A stretch of DNA of 63,494 bases, counting the filler, from Octopus bimaculoides (Eukaryota), in the NCBI RefSeq assembly GCF_001194135.2. It is 5 parts of 5 records of this genome, joined end to end, with 100 filler letters (N's around TTAATTAATTAA, not from the genome) between each part and the next. Parts side by side here need not be neighbours in the genome. Positions count along the whole stretch, not along the records: positions 4,239 to 21,775 come from NC_068992.1; positions 21,876 to 38,690 come from NC_068991.1; 3 more parts are not named here. The stretch is one strand, 5' to 3'. The notes beneath the pieces were generated by a model. It saw only the letters and a program-made list of their open reading frames with translations. It was not told the origin of the DNA and did not search any database. The position numbers and the translations under genes are program-made. This document shows, piece by piece, positions 13,783-24,174 of this stretch. The stretch's first letter is position 1, and every line of letters starts with the position of its first letter.

Positions 13783-16700
13783 GACATCATGGCTGGCCAA
13801 TCTTCAAGATTAGTGTTATCTTGTCCAATATGCCACTTTTTTACGATGGTAGGGTGAAGTTTGAAGATTTGGCTGCTATTTTTAACAAACTGAGTTACCA
13901 CACAGAGGATTCCCCTCCCCCCCACTCCATATCAGCTCCAACAAAGATTAATTATATCCACTATGACCTCTTCTCCCATCACATTTATGTCATTGAGACA
14001 AAGTTCAAAACCTTTAGGTCAGATATTAACCAAAAACGTTTTCCCAACAGAATCTATAAGAAACCTAAACTTTTCAAAGTCTGAAAACAAATATCAAACT
14101 CAAAAGAAATAACAACTTACCTTTTTACATATCTCTGTACTCCTCTGTAAAACAGCCTTTAGTAAGTTCTTATTCAGGTTACCTTTCTCAATGAGCTCAT
14201 TCTTCATACAATTATAAATATACAGTAAATAATGTGTGTCTTCACGGGCATAGTTAATTAAAACATCAGGAAGAGGCCTAGAAAAAGAGAACAGTTATAC
14301 TGATAAATATTATGATTATTAGTTACATTTCCACACAACAATCCTCATCATTATTATTATTATTATTATTTAGGTGGTGAGCTGGCAGAATTGTTAGCAT
14401 GCTGGATGAAATGCTTAGCGGCATTTTGCCTGTTGCTACGTTCTGAGTTCAAATTTCACTGAGGTCGATGATGTTTAGCGCTATTTCTTCCATTTCTTTG
14501 CCTGTCTATGTGAAAACAAAGTATAGAGGATTAGAAGAAACATTAGAGAATCAGCCAAATTTAGTCCACTGCTCTACCATTTCTACCACTCTACCACCAA
14601 ATCAACATGTCATCATCACACTGTATTATATGACATTAACCCTTTTCGTACCAACCTGCCTGAGATTGCCTCTGCTTCTATGATAAATCCTTCCTGTTTT
14701 AAAGTGATTTAAAGTAAGGTCTTTCACGTTAAATGTTTCAAATAACAGCTTAATAATGACAAAGTTATTTTACTAAATTCTTTCATCATCATCATATGAA
14801 CATCCACTTTTCCATTCTTGCATGGATCAGATGGTGCTCACTGAGGCAGATTTTCTAAGGAGAGGTGCCCTTCCTGTCACCAACCCTCACCTATTTCCCA
14901 GAAAGAAAACATTTCCCCCATAACGAAGCATTTTGGTGTAGAATATTGGAAATGAATGACACTGCTTGTATGACAATAACACTCATTTACAACCATCATG
15001 CAATGTCAAGACAAAGAAACACAAGCAAGCACACACAGACACACACACACATATATGTACATATACAGTGGGTTTCTTTCAGTTTCCATCTACCAAAATT
15101 ACTCACAAAGCTATGTTCAACATGGGACTACAGTAGAAAACACTTGCCCAAGGTGCCATGCAGTGGAACTGAACCCAAAACCATGTGGCTAAGAAGCAAA
15201 CTTCTTCCCCACACAACCACACCTGCTCTTTCATTATTTTCAGAATAATCTGAAATAAAACCAGTGTATTTCAACAGAAATATGGTAACAAAAGCGTTAA
15301 AGATATGGGAACTTACCGGATTCTCCAGTCAGCTAATCGATATTGTTTATCAATTTCTTTTTGACAATACCTCTCCATTAAATAAGACAGCGAGAAGCGT
15401 TCATAGTTTAGTATTCGAGACGCTTGCCCAGTATCAAACATATTCACTACATAAATACCAAAGTCTCTCTGTAACCAGCCCACATCGCAGTTGGCACCAT
15501 GAAACACCTGCAATTAAGACGAAACAAAGAATCAGTGTGTATGTCTAAATGGGAGTGAATGTTTACAGCAATTTAAAATTAGAAATGAGCTTATGTTTTT
15601 TTATAGAAGTGCATAATTAAATTTCTGCCAAAAAAGGGAATGTGATACCGCACTGTATAAAGGGAGATAATTCTTTCAAACAAAATTTTAAATTAGTACA
15701 ATTCCAAGGTATTGGTTGCTCTCTGACAAGTTTATGACCAAACCTGTAGAAGTGCAGACCTCCAGTGTACTCAGTCCCCAGACCACTTCTCTGTTCACTG
15801 CTATCAAGGCAGAGACAGCAAGTCCCACGAGCCAGGGTGACTGTTCCAGCATCCCAGCATCCCATCATAAACATCTTTATCATCTTCCACCTACTTCTGC
15901 TCACCCTTATACTTTGCAAGGTAACCATGTATCTCATCTAGAGCAAGACAGTAGCGCTTGTCTCTCTATCATACTTTAGCCTCTCAACACCTGGCATAAA
16001 GCCACCTCCTCCTTTCAAACACTCCCCACACACTTAGCTGAGGGGACCTTTTACCTTCTATTTACCTGTCTTGCTAGTTACTGGGCAACCTCATTAGTGG
16101 TGGTGGCACGAAAATACCAAGTACACATTGTAAAGGGGTTGGTGTTAGAAAGGGCACTCAACCATAGAAACGAAACCAAAGCTGTCACTGGAGCACAACA
16201 CAGCTCTATGGTTTGTTGGAGCCTGTCAAACCATCCAACCAAATAATGAACATTAAATGATGATGATACACATATATTTCTTTTTTTTTAACTTGCTAGA
16301 TCTGGAAAACAAGGCAGAGCCTTATGACCTGTGCAAGGATTCTAAGCAATGAAACTGATGCCATTAATATTTCATTTGAAATGTGGACATTGACACCAGC
16401 AAGAAGCACAAGAGCAGACAGAAGATTCCAGACAGCCAATGTTCTGGGGAAAAAGAACTGCAGATGGTGGTTTAGGTGGCATCTGGTGGGGACAGATACA
16501 CAGTGGACAAGAAGTGAAGAGATGAATGGTTTGGGGGTGTTTCAGTAGAAGAGCTACAAGATGAGCCAATGCCAAAGAACAGAAACAATTATAGTTGTAT
16601 GGGTTTCTGCACAGTTTTCATATCTGTTAAATTTCATTTACAAAATATTCATCAACCCCCAAGCCTATGGTAAAAGTCACTTGCCCAAGATGTTGTATAG

Positions 16701-18101
16701 CAGGATTGAACCCAAAACTACATAAAGGCATGAAGCAAACTTTTTAACAACGTGGCAGCATGGAAAGATACTGATGAATGACAATCATGCCAATGAATTC
16801 TTGATGAATTTCTTTTGACTAACTATGACAAAAAAAATTAACAGTTACTTTCTTTTAAAACAGCTGATCTCCACAGAGCTCTTGTTATATTCCTGTTATA
16901 AGACAGAGTTCCTGTTATAAGGCCTGTCTGATCTTCACAATTGAAGCTCCTGTTATAAGGCATGGCTTATGTCCACAAGAAAAACTGTTGTTATACTAAT
17001 ATTATAAAATAGAGCTGATCTTCATAAATGGAGCTAATGCTGTATACCTGTTGAGAAACCCAGATAAAAGTAACAGAAATATATTTAATCATGTGCATTT
17101 GCAGAAATCAGTTTCACTAGACAACTTACTTTGACAATTTTAGGATCTGTGAAGACGTCGTTGAGTAACTCTAGCTCTTTCCGTAGCTCTAGTGTGTCTA
17201 TAATGAAGTCCTGATCAAATGTAGAAATCTGCATCAAACATGTTAGACCTTGGAACGTTCGGTAGGAATGATGCTGTAAAAGACAAAAATGGAATATCAA
17301 ACAGAGCTGCATTTTACCTTCACTCTCCAATCCTGAAACAGACTCAGAAGGAATACTTAACTGAAAATTATCTAAAATGTTAACAAAAACAAAAAGAAAA
17401 AAAAAAAACGATGCTTGAGGACAGATTTATGTTTATAAAAAAAAAAACAGATATATAATAACAGATAACTTTTTTTTTATCAAAAAATACTATAAGGATA
17501 AAAATAAACTTTCTTTTCTTGATTTATACCAAATAATATAGGAAAATGAAAGGATTATTTCCCTTGGCTAGGAAAATGAATGGGTTATTTCCCTTGGCTG
17601 TTAAAATAAATGATAATTAATTATATATGTGGATCCCTTTCCAGGGGCTCTAGCCATCCAATTATACATTTTTATTAAACTTCAATGAGCTTAGTAACAA
17701 ACTGAATGTTACTTTGGCAAGTTTGCAAAGTTTCACAAAAATTCGTTAACGGGTGTAGATGGCAACTTGAAACAAACAGACAACTTGCTTTTATATATGT
17801 ATATGGTAAGTTTATATGTATGTATGTATGTATGTATGTACGTATACAGACTTACCTCCAAATCAACTGCAATGACCTCTTCTTTGGCTAAATCTCTACA
17901 GAGATCTTCTAATTTCCCCACAGTATCTATATATCCAAGAGAAGTCTCTTTAATTGGTTTTGGAAACTGAAAGAAAAGCAAAAACACATGTGAATGTGTG
18001 TATGAAATATATACATGCATACATACACAAGACCAACAATGAAAGTAAAAAAATTATGTGTAAAATGAGCAGCTGAAAATTGTGAATGAATATTGTCTGT
18101 A

Positions 18102-18142
<41 letters not shown>

Positions 18143-18306
18143 ATTCAGTTGAATTAGGTACTTAAACTGAGGCACCTTGCTACTTCAGTATAACCTGCAC
18201 TCCCCAACAATATTATTTGAATACTGAATATCAAAACTCTGTGCAGGGGTATTTATACCCAATATTCCTGATATATTTCCGAAGTGCAGATTCCTGTACA
18301 TCTTTG

Positions 18307-18340
<34 letters not shown>

Positions 18341-21300
18341 GGTTCAGACAGTATTCATTCGCAATTTCCAACTGCTTGTCTTACACATTTTTTTTTTTTA
18401 CTTTCACTTTTGGTCTTTTTCTTCTAAAAACCAATAATCATTTTTGCATTTCATTATTTAGCAGAATAATTGACTGCTGAAAATTTTGAACCCACAATTT
18501 GTGGAAGAGGCATGGAGACCTCGTTGGAATGTGAGTTGCTATTTGTTGACCATTGCTGTATTGATGCTTGTGCATGTCTCTCTGTACATATACACATTAT
18601 GACATGCTTAAATAATTAATAACATTTTATGTCTCAACTTTCCAGTTGATACCTTTAATCTACTTGAACAGTTATTTGCTTATCTACCTAAATGTCAACT
18701 ATGTCAATGAATTCTAATACTAGACTATTCTTTAGCCATTTCCTTTGGTTGGCATATATTAGAGAGAGGAGCATCTACTCTTAAATTTCACTGTTACATC
18801 ACCAACTCCAAGATTCTTTCAATGGCATAATTTTACGAAATTGGGGAAAGCATAAAAGCATCATGGTTACATAAAATAATGAAACGAAAATTATTGTTTC
18901 CTGTTATTCTAAGACGAAAAAAATTCATTTCGATAACTTCAATTACTTAATAAGAAATGCATTAAGATATAACGACATGACAGGAAACGAAAACATTAAA
19001 ACAGCTTTTTAAGAGAAAAACATTAATTTTAAGATGTAATGATGTAAAAACAAAACTTAATGAGTTCATTTTAAAAGCAATTTTATTACACAGAAAACAC
19101 ATTTAGGTAACTTAGAAGTATTTAATTACAACATTAATTATAAAATGTAATGATATTTCTATTTCTCATGTTGTTTCTATGCTGTCGTTTACATCATTAC
19201 ATCTTAAAATTAATGTATTTGTTAATGTTGCTTCAAATTAAATACTTATGAGTTACCTAACTTTTTCTCTCTTAAAATGAAACTAAACAATATTAACGTT
19301 TATGTATTTGTTTTTGCAAGATTTCTGATGTGAATTCGTGTTGAAACAGATATTGTTATATTTGGAGGGGGTCATATTTTATGCCAATTTACTACACGCA
19401 CCATATACTTGTTCTTCACTTCAGTTTTATTATTATTATCATTATTTCATACGAAGAACATCTTTCGAGTGTTGGGCCTCATGGAAGCAATGATCAAGAC
19501 CTTTGGCATTATGTTGTGCTTGAGAAGAAGACCCATCAAGCTGAGCAAAATCACAGTCGTGGCAGATACCGGTGTCATGCAAATTGGCACCCGTGCCAGT
19601 TGCATGTAAAAGCACCCATTACACACTTGGAGTGGTTGGCATTAGGAAAGGTATACAGCTGTAGAAAACCATGCCAAATCAAACAGTCTGGTGCAGCTTT
19701 CCAGAGTGCCAGCCTGATAAAACCATCCAACCCATACCAGCATGGACAATGGACATTAAATGATGATGATGATATATATACATACACACACACGCGCGAG
19801 TGCGCATTAGACACCAAGTTTATTATTCCCAATAACTCAGATACTGTTTACAGAAAGAAACTGGTTACATCATTGTCATCATCATTTAATGTCTGCTTTC
19901 CATATTGGTAGGAGTTGGACAGCTTGATAGGGGCTGGCAAGGCCAGGGAGCCACACCAGGTCCCATAGTCTGTTAAAAGGCTATGGAACTGTGTCTTCAA
20001 AGATGTGTGGAAAAAAAGAGAGCAGAAAGAGCAGCAAAAAGATGCCTCAATAATATATTCCTCTAAACCAAGAATTAGAGAAAAAGAGTGTTGTTGATGA
20101 CGATGGTAATAATAATGGAGGTAAAGTATAAGGAATGGAAGGTTATTGTTGGTGCCATTACAGAATATATTTCCATTACCTTTGCCTCGGATTTCTCTAA
20201 CTGATGGTCCATTGCTTTCCAATGATCCATTTCATAAGCGTACGGATGTGGGTAGCTGAAACACAGATATTAGGTTGATATTTAATTACATCCACTATAT
20301 TGAGTGAAGATTTGTTATCATGTTAACATTACATTTATCACACAGCATGTACATGGCAGAATATTTATTTCAATTGTAAACATCGCATTTAATATATAAG
20401 ATGTATATTGTAGTAATTTTATATCTGGTTTTAGACATGCTCTAGCAAGACTGACCAAAGCAACATAAAAAAGGAAATACAAAACATTTCCAAATGAGTG
20501 AACAAAACTTACAAAAAATCAGGGTCTGATATATTTTCAGCATTAACATCAACCTTTAAGCTTTCTGCAACAAGAAAAAGAGGAAAACATGGGATTATAT
20601 ATACCTTGTCAAGTTTTTGATGCTATCTTGTGTTAGATGAATAAGTTACTGATGCAGTTTTGCAGCTGGACACCCTTCCTGGTGCTAACCTTTATTTGCT
20701 CTAGAAGAAAGTGATCTCTTATCCTATTGCTAGGAGAAATATCAACAACACTGCTGGAATATCATAACTTTCAAATAAATGCCGAAGAGACATTCAAGCG
20801 AGATCGTTGCCAGTGCCGCTGGACTGGCTCCTGTGCAGGTGGCACGTAAAATACACCATTTTGAGCGTGGCCGTTGCCAGTACCGCTTGACTGGCCTTCG
20901 TGCCGGTGGCATGTAAAAAGCACCCACTACGCTCTCGGAGTGGTTGNNNNNNNNNNGGCATGTAAAAAGCACCCACTACGCTCTCGGAGTGGTTGGCATT
21001 AGGAAGGGCATCCAGCTGTATAAACTCTGCCAGATCAGATTGGAACCTGGTGCAGCCATCTGGTTTCACCAGTCCTCAGTCAAATCGTCCAACCCATGCT
21101 AGCATGGAAAGCGAACAATGATGATGATGATGATGAGGAGGAGGAGGATGATGATGATTTTGACTTGAACTTCATCATCATCATCGTTTAACGTCCGCTT
21201 TCCATGCTAGCATAGGTTGGACGATTTGACTGAGGACTGGTGAAACCCGATGGCTGCACCAGGCTCCAATCTGATTTGGCAGAGTTTCTACAGCTGGATG

Positions 21301-21775
21301 CCCTTCCTAACGCCAACCACTCTGAGAGTGTAGTGGGTGCTTTTACGTGTCACCGGCACGAAGGCCAGTCAGGCGGTACTGGCAACGGCCACGCTCAAAA
21401 TGGTGTATTTTATGTGCCACCCACACAAGAGCCAGTCCAGGGGCACTGGCAACGATCTCGCTCAAAAGTCCTCAGCTCCAAAAAGGATAAGATTAGTTTA
21501 ATACATCACAAGAATTCTAAAAAGTGGGAGGCACACTTTAGGGTTAAGCAGTACTTCAGCCCGTATATAATCACCTGCCTGCAACTTACAACATTAGTAA
21601 CATAACACTAATTGGATTTGGTAGCATCTCTCTTACAGATAAACATGCATACACATTAAAATACCTGAAATAGAGATTGCCACAGTAAATCTAAATTTTG
21701 TTCTCACAATTTCAGAATGAAAATTATCATGCACCACTAAATTCACCTTTCTCATTTCTGCTGTGGTCACTGTTA
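5124..21775 (-). CDS. EXOSC10: Exosome complex component 10 (RRP6/PM-Scl100), spliced multi-exon gene, 5' and 3' ends incomplete
   Basis: Manual splicing gives a continuous frame with GT-AG introns and compatible phases. It contains ExoI IAVDLE-HHSYR, Exo[18 protein letters not shown], Exo[15 protein letters not shown] and the HRDC segment [38 protein letters not shown], all diagnostic of the RRP6/EXOSC10 family. Catalytic D/E/D/Y/D residues are intact. Confidence 0.97.
5455..5919 (+). mobile_element. RTE LINE 3' end (ORF2 C-terminus relic, 3'UTR, (GAT)n)
   Basis: [23 protein letters not shown] matches the RTE ORF2 tail motif GHVxRM..GxRxRGRP; the 3'UTR carries the shared AAGGGCATCC core. 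Confidence 0.8.
6674..6733 (-). CDS. EXOSC10: EXOSC10 exon [20 protein letters not shown]
   Basis: ttcttttttttag acceptor and GAG|gtcagt donor; continues PFTM|F(L/F)P. Confidence 0.85.
8081..8146 (-). CDS. EXOSC10: EXOSC10 exon [22 protein letters not shown]
   Basis: aattttgcag acceptor and ATG|gtaagt donor; matches the SFxxPF motif of the RRP6 C-terminal region. Confidence 0.9.
8480..8830 (-). mobile_element. CORE-type tRNA SINE (OR-like), degenerate
   Basis: Reverse complement of the family seen full-length at 58789-59203. Confidence 0.75.
8865..9315. repeat. Palindrome-rich minisatellite, ~8 units of 43-72 bp
   Basis: Recurrent AAAACTAGTT anchors at ~8916, 8971, 9043, 9094, 9137, 9190, 9235 and 9296, with GGG(A)TCAGTACT..TGAC..CCC cores. 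Confidence 0.8.
9372..9487 (-). CDS. EXOSC10: EXOSC10 exon [20 protein letters not shown]
   Basis: gtatttaaag acceptor and GTG|gtaaat donor; 116 nt; open in the required phase (1 to 0). Confidence 0.8.
10204..10327 (-). CDS. EXOSC10: EXOSC10 exon [21 protein letters not shown]
   Basis: tatttacag acceptor and CAG|gtaatg donor; conserved PHDxSH motif; phase 0 to 1. Confidence 0.92.
10680..11096 (+). mobile_element. Two tandem degenerate Deu/Nin-motif-like tRNA SINEs with (ATT)n tails
   Basis: gagttcaaat (B-box-like)..gactttgcctttcatcc..aagtaccagttgagcactgg..ccttgtgcc; CpG-decayed. Confidence 0.75.
11466..11628 (-). CDS. EXOSC10: EXOSC10 exon [25 protein letters not shown] (HRDC C-part)
   Basis: cttttccag acceptor and AAG|gtaaat donor; 163 nt. 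Confidence 0.97.
11830..12195 (+). mobile_element. RTE LINE 3' fragment with (GAT)n tail
   Basis: 5' part matches the RTE fragment at 57145-57452 (aaggccatatcccctggtgaagag..gcaagagtc), then the shared core and tail. Confidence 0.75.
12624..12772 (-). CDS. EXOSC10: EXOSC10 exon [20 protein letters not shown] (HRDC N-part)
   Basis: ttcatttcag acceptor and AA|gtaaaa donor; 149 nt. Confidence 0.97.
12827..13242. mobile_element. Head-to-head composite of two young RTE-tail retroposons (minus copy 12827-~13160, plus tail 13161-13242)
   Basis: Terminal ~82-bp inverted arms with one mismatch; (CAT)n on the left end and (GAT)n on the right end. Confidence 0.9.
13275..13745. repeat. Interspersed repeat of unknown class
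   Basis: GC-richer ~470-bp block that I recall as a recurrent octopus repeat; only one copy lies in the window, so support is from recall. Confidence 0.45.
14121..14277 (-). CDS. EXOSC10: EXOSC10 exon [28 protein letters not shown] (ExoIII)
   Basis: ctttttctag acceptor and AAG|gtaagt donor; 157 nt. Confidence 0.98.
14637..14785. mobile_element. Degenerate fragment related to the TTAA MITE at 50165
   Basis: TTAA-CCCTTTTCGTACCAAC start and shared internal aagttattttactaaattcttt. Confidence 0.65.
15317..15507 (-). CDS. EXOSC10: EXOSC10 exon [14 protein letters not shown](R) (ExoII)
   Basis: aattgcag acceptor and CG|gtaagt donor; 191 nt. Confidence 0.98.
17130..17273 (-). CDS. EXOSC10: EXOSC10 exon [26 protein letters not shown]
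   Basis: cttttacag acceptor and AAA|gtaagt donor; 144 nt; highly conserved RRP6 block. Confidence 0.98.
17856..17966 (-). CDS. EXOSC10: EXOSC10 exon [16 protein letters not shown] (ExoI)
   Basis: ttttctttcag acceptor and GAG|gtaagt donor; 111 nt; catalytic D-x-E. Confidence 0.97.
18880..19400. repeat. AT-rich foldback-like element with internal inverted and direct subrepeats
   Basis: Perfect 29-bp IR 19020-19048/19188-19216; 25-bp near-perfect IR 19103-19127/19236-19260. Confidence 0.6.
19555..19773 (+). mobile_element. Degenerate RTE-tail retroposon
   Basis: gcatgtaaaagcacc..ggcattaggaaaggtatacagctgtagaaacc..ccatccaacccataccagcatgga..(GAT)n. Confidence 0.75.
20180..20255 (-). CDS. EXOSC10: EXOSC10 exon [25 protein letters not shown]
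   Basis: tgtgtttcag acceptor and AAG|gtaatg donor; conserved HPYxYE motif of RRP6. Confidence 0.95.
20513..20564 (-). CDS. EXOSC10: EXOSC10 exon (E)[16 protein letters not shown](F)
   Basis: ttttcttgttgcag acceptor and TT|gtaagt donor; 52 nt, phase 1 to 2; the only open frame joins to YPHPY. Confidence 0.85.
20789..21466. mobile_element. Tail-to-tail inverted pair of young RTE-tail retroposons (+ 20789-21158, - 21173-21466)
   Basis: Both copies begin at gagcgagatcgttgccagtgcc and are mutually near reverse-complementary over ~300 bp. Confidence 0.9.
21747..21775 (-). CDS. EXOSC10: EXOSC10 exon, 3' part only (5' part in gap): ..[10 protein letters not shown]
   Basis: Open frame ending AAAG|gtgaat in phase 1, which is the phase the next exon requires. 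Only 29 nt are visible. Confidence 0.55.
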
Positions 21776-21875
21776 NNNNNNNNNNNNNNNNNNNNNNNNN
21801 NNNNNNNNNNNNNNNNNNNTTAATTAATTAANNNNNNNNNNNNNNNNNNNNNNNNNNNNNNNNNNNNNNNNNNNN
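21776..21875. other. Assembly join spacer (truncates an EXOSC10 exon)
   Basis: Same 100-bp construct; falls inside a putative exon. Confidence 0.95.
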
Positions 21876-22136
21876 ATGGCTGAAGTTCAAAAGATAGTGC
21901 TCATGGGAACTGCCCATATCCTACGTAAAATACTGTCTATGTGATCTCAAATTTTAAAGCAAACACATAATTTTCTTATGGTTTCTTAAACATTCACTTG
22001 AACAAAACTGTACAAATCCAAATATATGGTACCCTAGGCATAACACCTACATGAACTTCTAACTTGTTGTCTCTTGAGGTCTCTGGGTGAGACTTGGATC
22101 CAACTTGTATAAATGCAAAACAAAAGTCAAACATAA

Positions 22137-22169
<33 letters not shown>
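21876..22169 (+). mobile_element. R4/Dong-type (RLE) LINE 3' end with (TAA)n tail
   Basis: EVQKIVLMGTAHILRKILSM* (21876-21944) matches the R4-clade terminal motif LQKxxLLGTAxILRKxL; followed by 3'UTR and (TAA)n. Confidence 0.8.
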
Positions 22170-22170
<1 letters not shown>

Positions 22171-22340
22171 CTTAGCGGCATTTCGTCCGTCCTTACATTC
22201 TAAGATCAAATTCCACCGCAGTCAACTTTGCCTTTCATCTGTTCGGGGTCGATAAATTAAGTACCAGTGAAACACTGGATGCGACATAATGGACTTCTCC
22301 TCTCCCCAGAATTTCAGGCCTTGTGCTTTTAGTAGAAAGG

Positions 22341-22345
<5 letters not shown>
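22169..22345 (+). mobile_element. 5'-truncated Deu/Nin-motif-like SINE
   Basis: gcttagcggcatttcgtccg..gactttgcctttcatc..ggggtcgataaattaagtaccag..ggccttgtgc; CpGs retained. Confidence 0.85.
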
Positions 22346-22421
<76 letters not shown>

Positions 22422-23011
22422 TCTTCATCACAGGTTTTGTTGGAGCTCCTGGAGTCTTGCATGCGTAGCGGGCTCACTACCTGCAACCTACGGTACCATG
22501 CTACTCTTTTCAGCTATCTAATACTTTTCTGATTATTCTGGTCGTGTCAAGGAGGCAAACCTTTTGTAACACTTCTACAGGGCACTCTATTCCAATTTCC
22601 TTGATATTCCTCTTGATGCCTTCTGATATTGTTCCCAAGGACCCAAAAATAATTGGCACTATCTTCACCTTCTTCATTTTTCATAACCGGGCTATTTCGT
22701 ACTTAAGAGGGTTGTATTTATCTATTTTTTCGTCTTCCTTCTTGACTATTCGTGGGTCAAAGGGGCATGCAACATCAACTATATAGCATATGTGGTGCAC
22801 CTTGTCCACCACCACTAGGTCCGGTCTGTTATGTTCTAGCACCTGATCTGTTTGGATTGGGAAATCCCAGAGGATTTTGCTAGTCTCCGACTCTGCTACT
22901 CACTGCGGTCTGTGTTCATACCACGTCTTGCTTCCCTCTAGTTCCCACTTTTCGCACAGTTTCCAATGTAGCACTTTCGCTACCTGGTCGTGTCGCTACA
23001 ACTTGTAGTGG
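22342..23011 (-). mobile_element. 5'-truncated R4/Dong-type LINE, RLE domain pseudogenised
   Basis: RHDQVAKVLHWKLC..KILWDFPIQTDQVLEHNRPDLVVVDK..IVDVACPFD..KEDEKIDKY..VPIIFGSLGT..LQKVCLLDTTRIIRKVLDS*. PD-(D/E)xK RLE motifs; in-frame stops at 22996, 22900 and 22681; (AAT)n tail 22342-22421. Confidence 0.92.
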
Positions 23012-24174
23012 TGTGAACGCAAGTCACGTTTTGCTTGTAAGTTTTTAAATGAATTGTTGTTTGCATGTCTGATTAGGGATTTGTTGTGGTACGTTTTTGT
23101 TGTGCATTTGTTGCAGAATAAACTTGAGCAGAAATTAGTCGTTAATTCTTTCGGCTTATGCCAGGCTGAATTCATTAAAGAAACCAATTGTTTGTAACTA
23201 TTTTGGAAAAAAAAAAGAAAAGAAAAATAAAACTCAAAATGGTATTACGTGACGAAGAAAGGCTGGCGAGAGAAAGAGAAGCAGAAAAGGAACTCGCTTT
23301 CATCTCCACGAAAGAGAGTTTATCTCCCCTTTGGTTATTTTATTTATTTATTTATTTTTGTAATATGAGCAACAATAACACAACCACCATCATTACTATC
23401 ATCTCTTACTGTAATATTAAACAACATCAATATGTCCAGCAACAACGACAACAACAACAACAACGCAACAAAACTTCCATCACAAGCAGCAATATAATAC
23501 TTTTGGTCATGAATAATATGGAAACCAGCACTGGCAGAATATAAAAAAAACAATTGGAATTAACACCAGCAGCACCAACACCACCACCAACACCACCACC
23601 ACCACCAGAAACACTTTTTCCTCCTCCATAAACACTGGGATCTCGTTTGCTAAATGCTGGGTGGATTACTCGCTCATTAAATAGAGATATTCAAGCAAAC
23701 GCAACAAGGCCTGCGTTGCTATTGGGTTAAATATAGAAGAGAAATACAGAAGATCAATTTTTTACAGATATGTGAGACGGAAAACTATGCGAACAACAGA
23801 CAAGCCTGCGTAATTAGACCGAGAGATTTTCGACTATTGTAGGCTTTTCCATTCTATACAGAGAATCGTGTGGCGAAATCCTAGTAGACGAAATGCAAGC
23901 CCACAGAAACAGAGTTATAGAGTAATGATATTAAAGATAGAGGTGAAGAAAGTTATCAAAACCAATTCAACAGGTTGCAATAATGGATCTGAACTTTAAA
24001 TAGTGATACGGAGTTAGACGGTTTGCTACAGCTGTTTGGACGCTGATGATTTGGTACAGCTGGCGCTGGAGGCAAATAAACATGCACACACACGCGCGCG
24101 CGCGCGCGTGCATAGAAATATACGCATACATACAGATAAACGGGCGCGAGAAAGAGAGGGAGAGAGGGATTACA

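Noticed and set aside
20906-20997. 40-bp duplication inside the retroposon
   Set aside because: Straddles an 11-N gap; likely an overlap artefact.
23038-23186. Short + strand intron and exon (tt|gtaagt .. ttgcag|NKLEQKLVV..)
   Set aside because: The upstream part overlaps antisense LINE sequence; no start, no homology.
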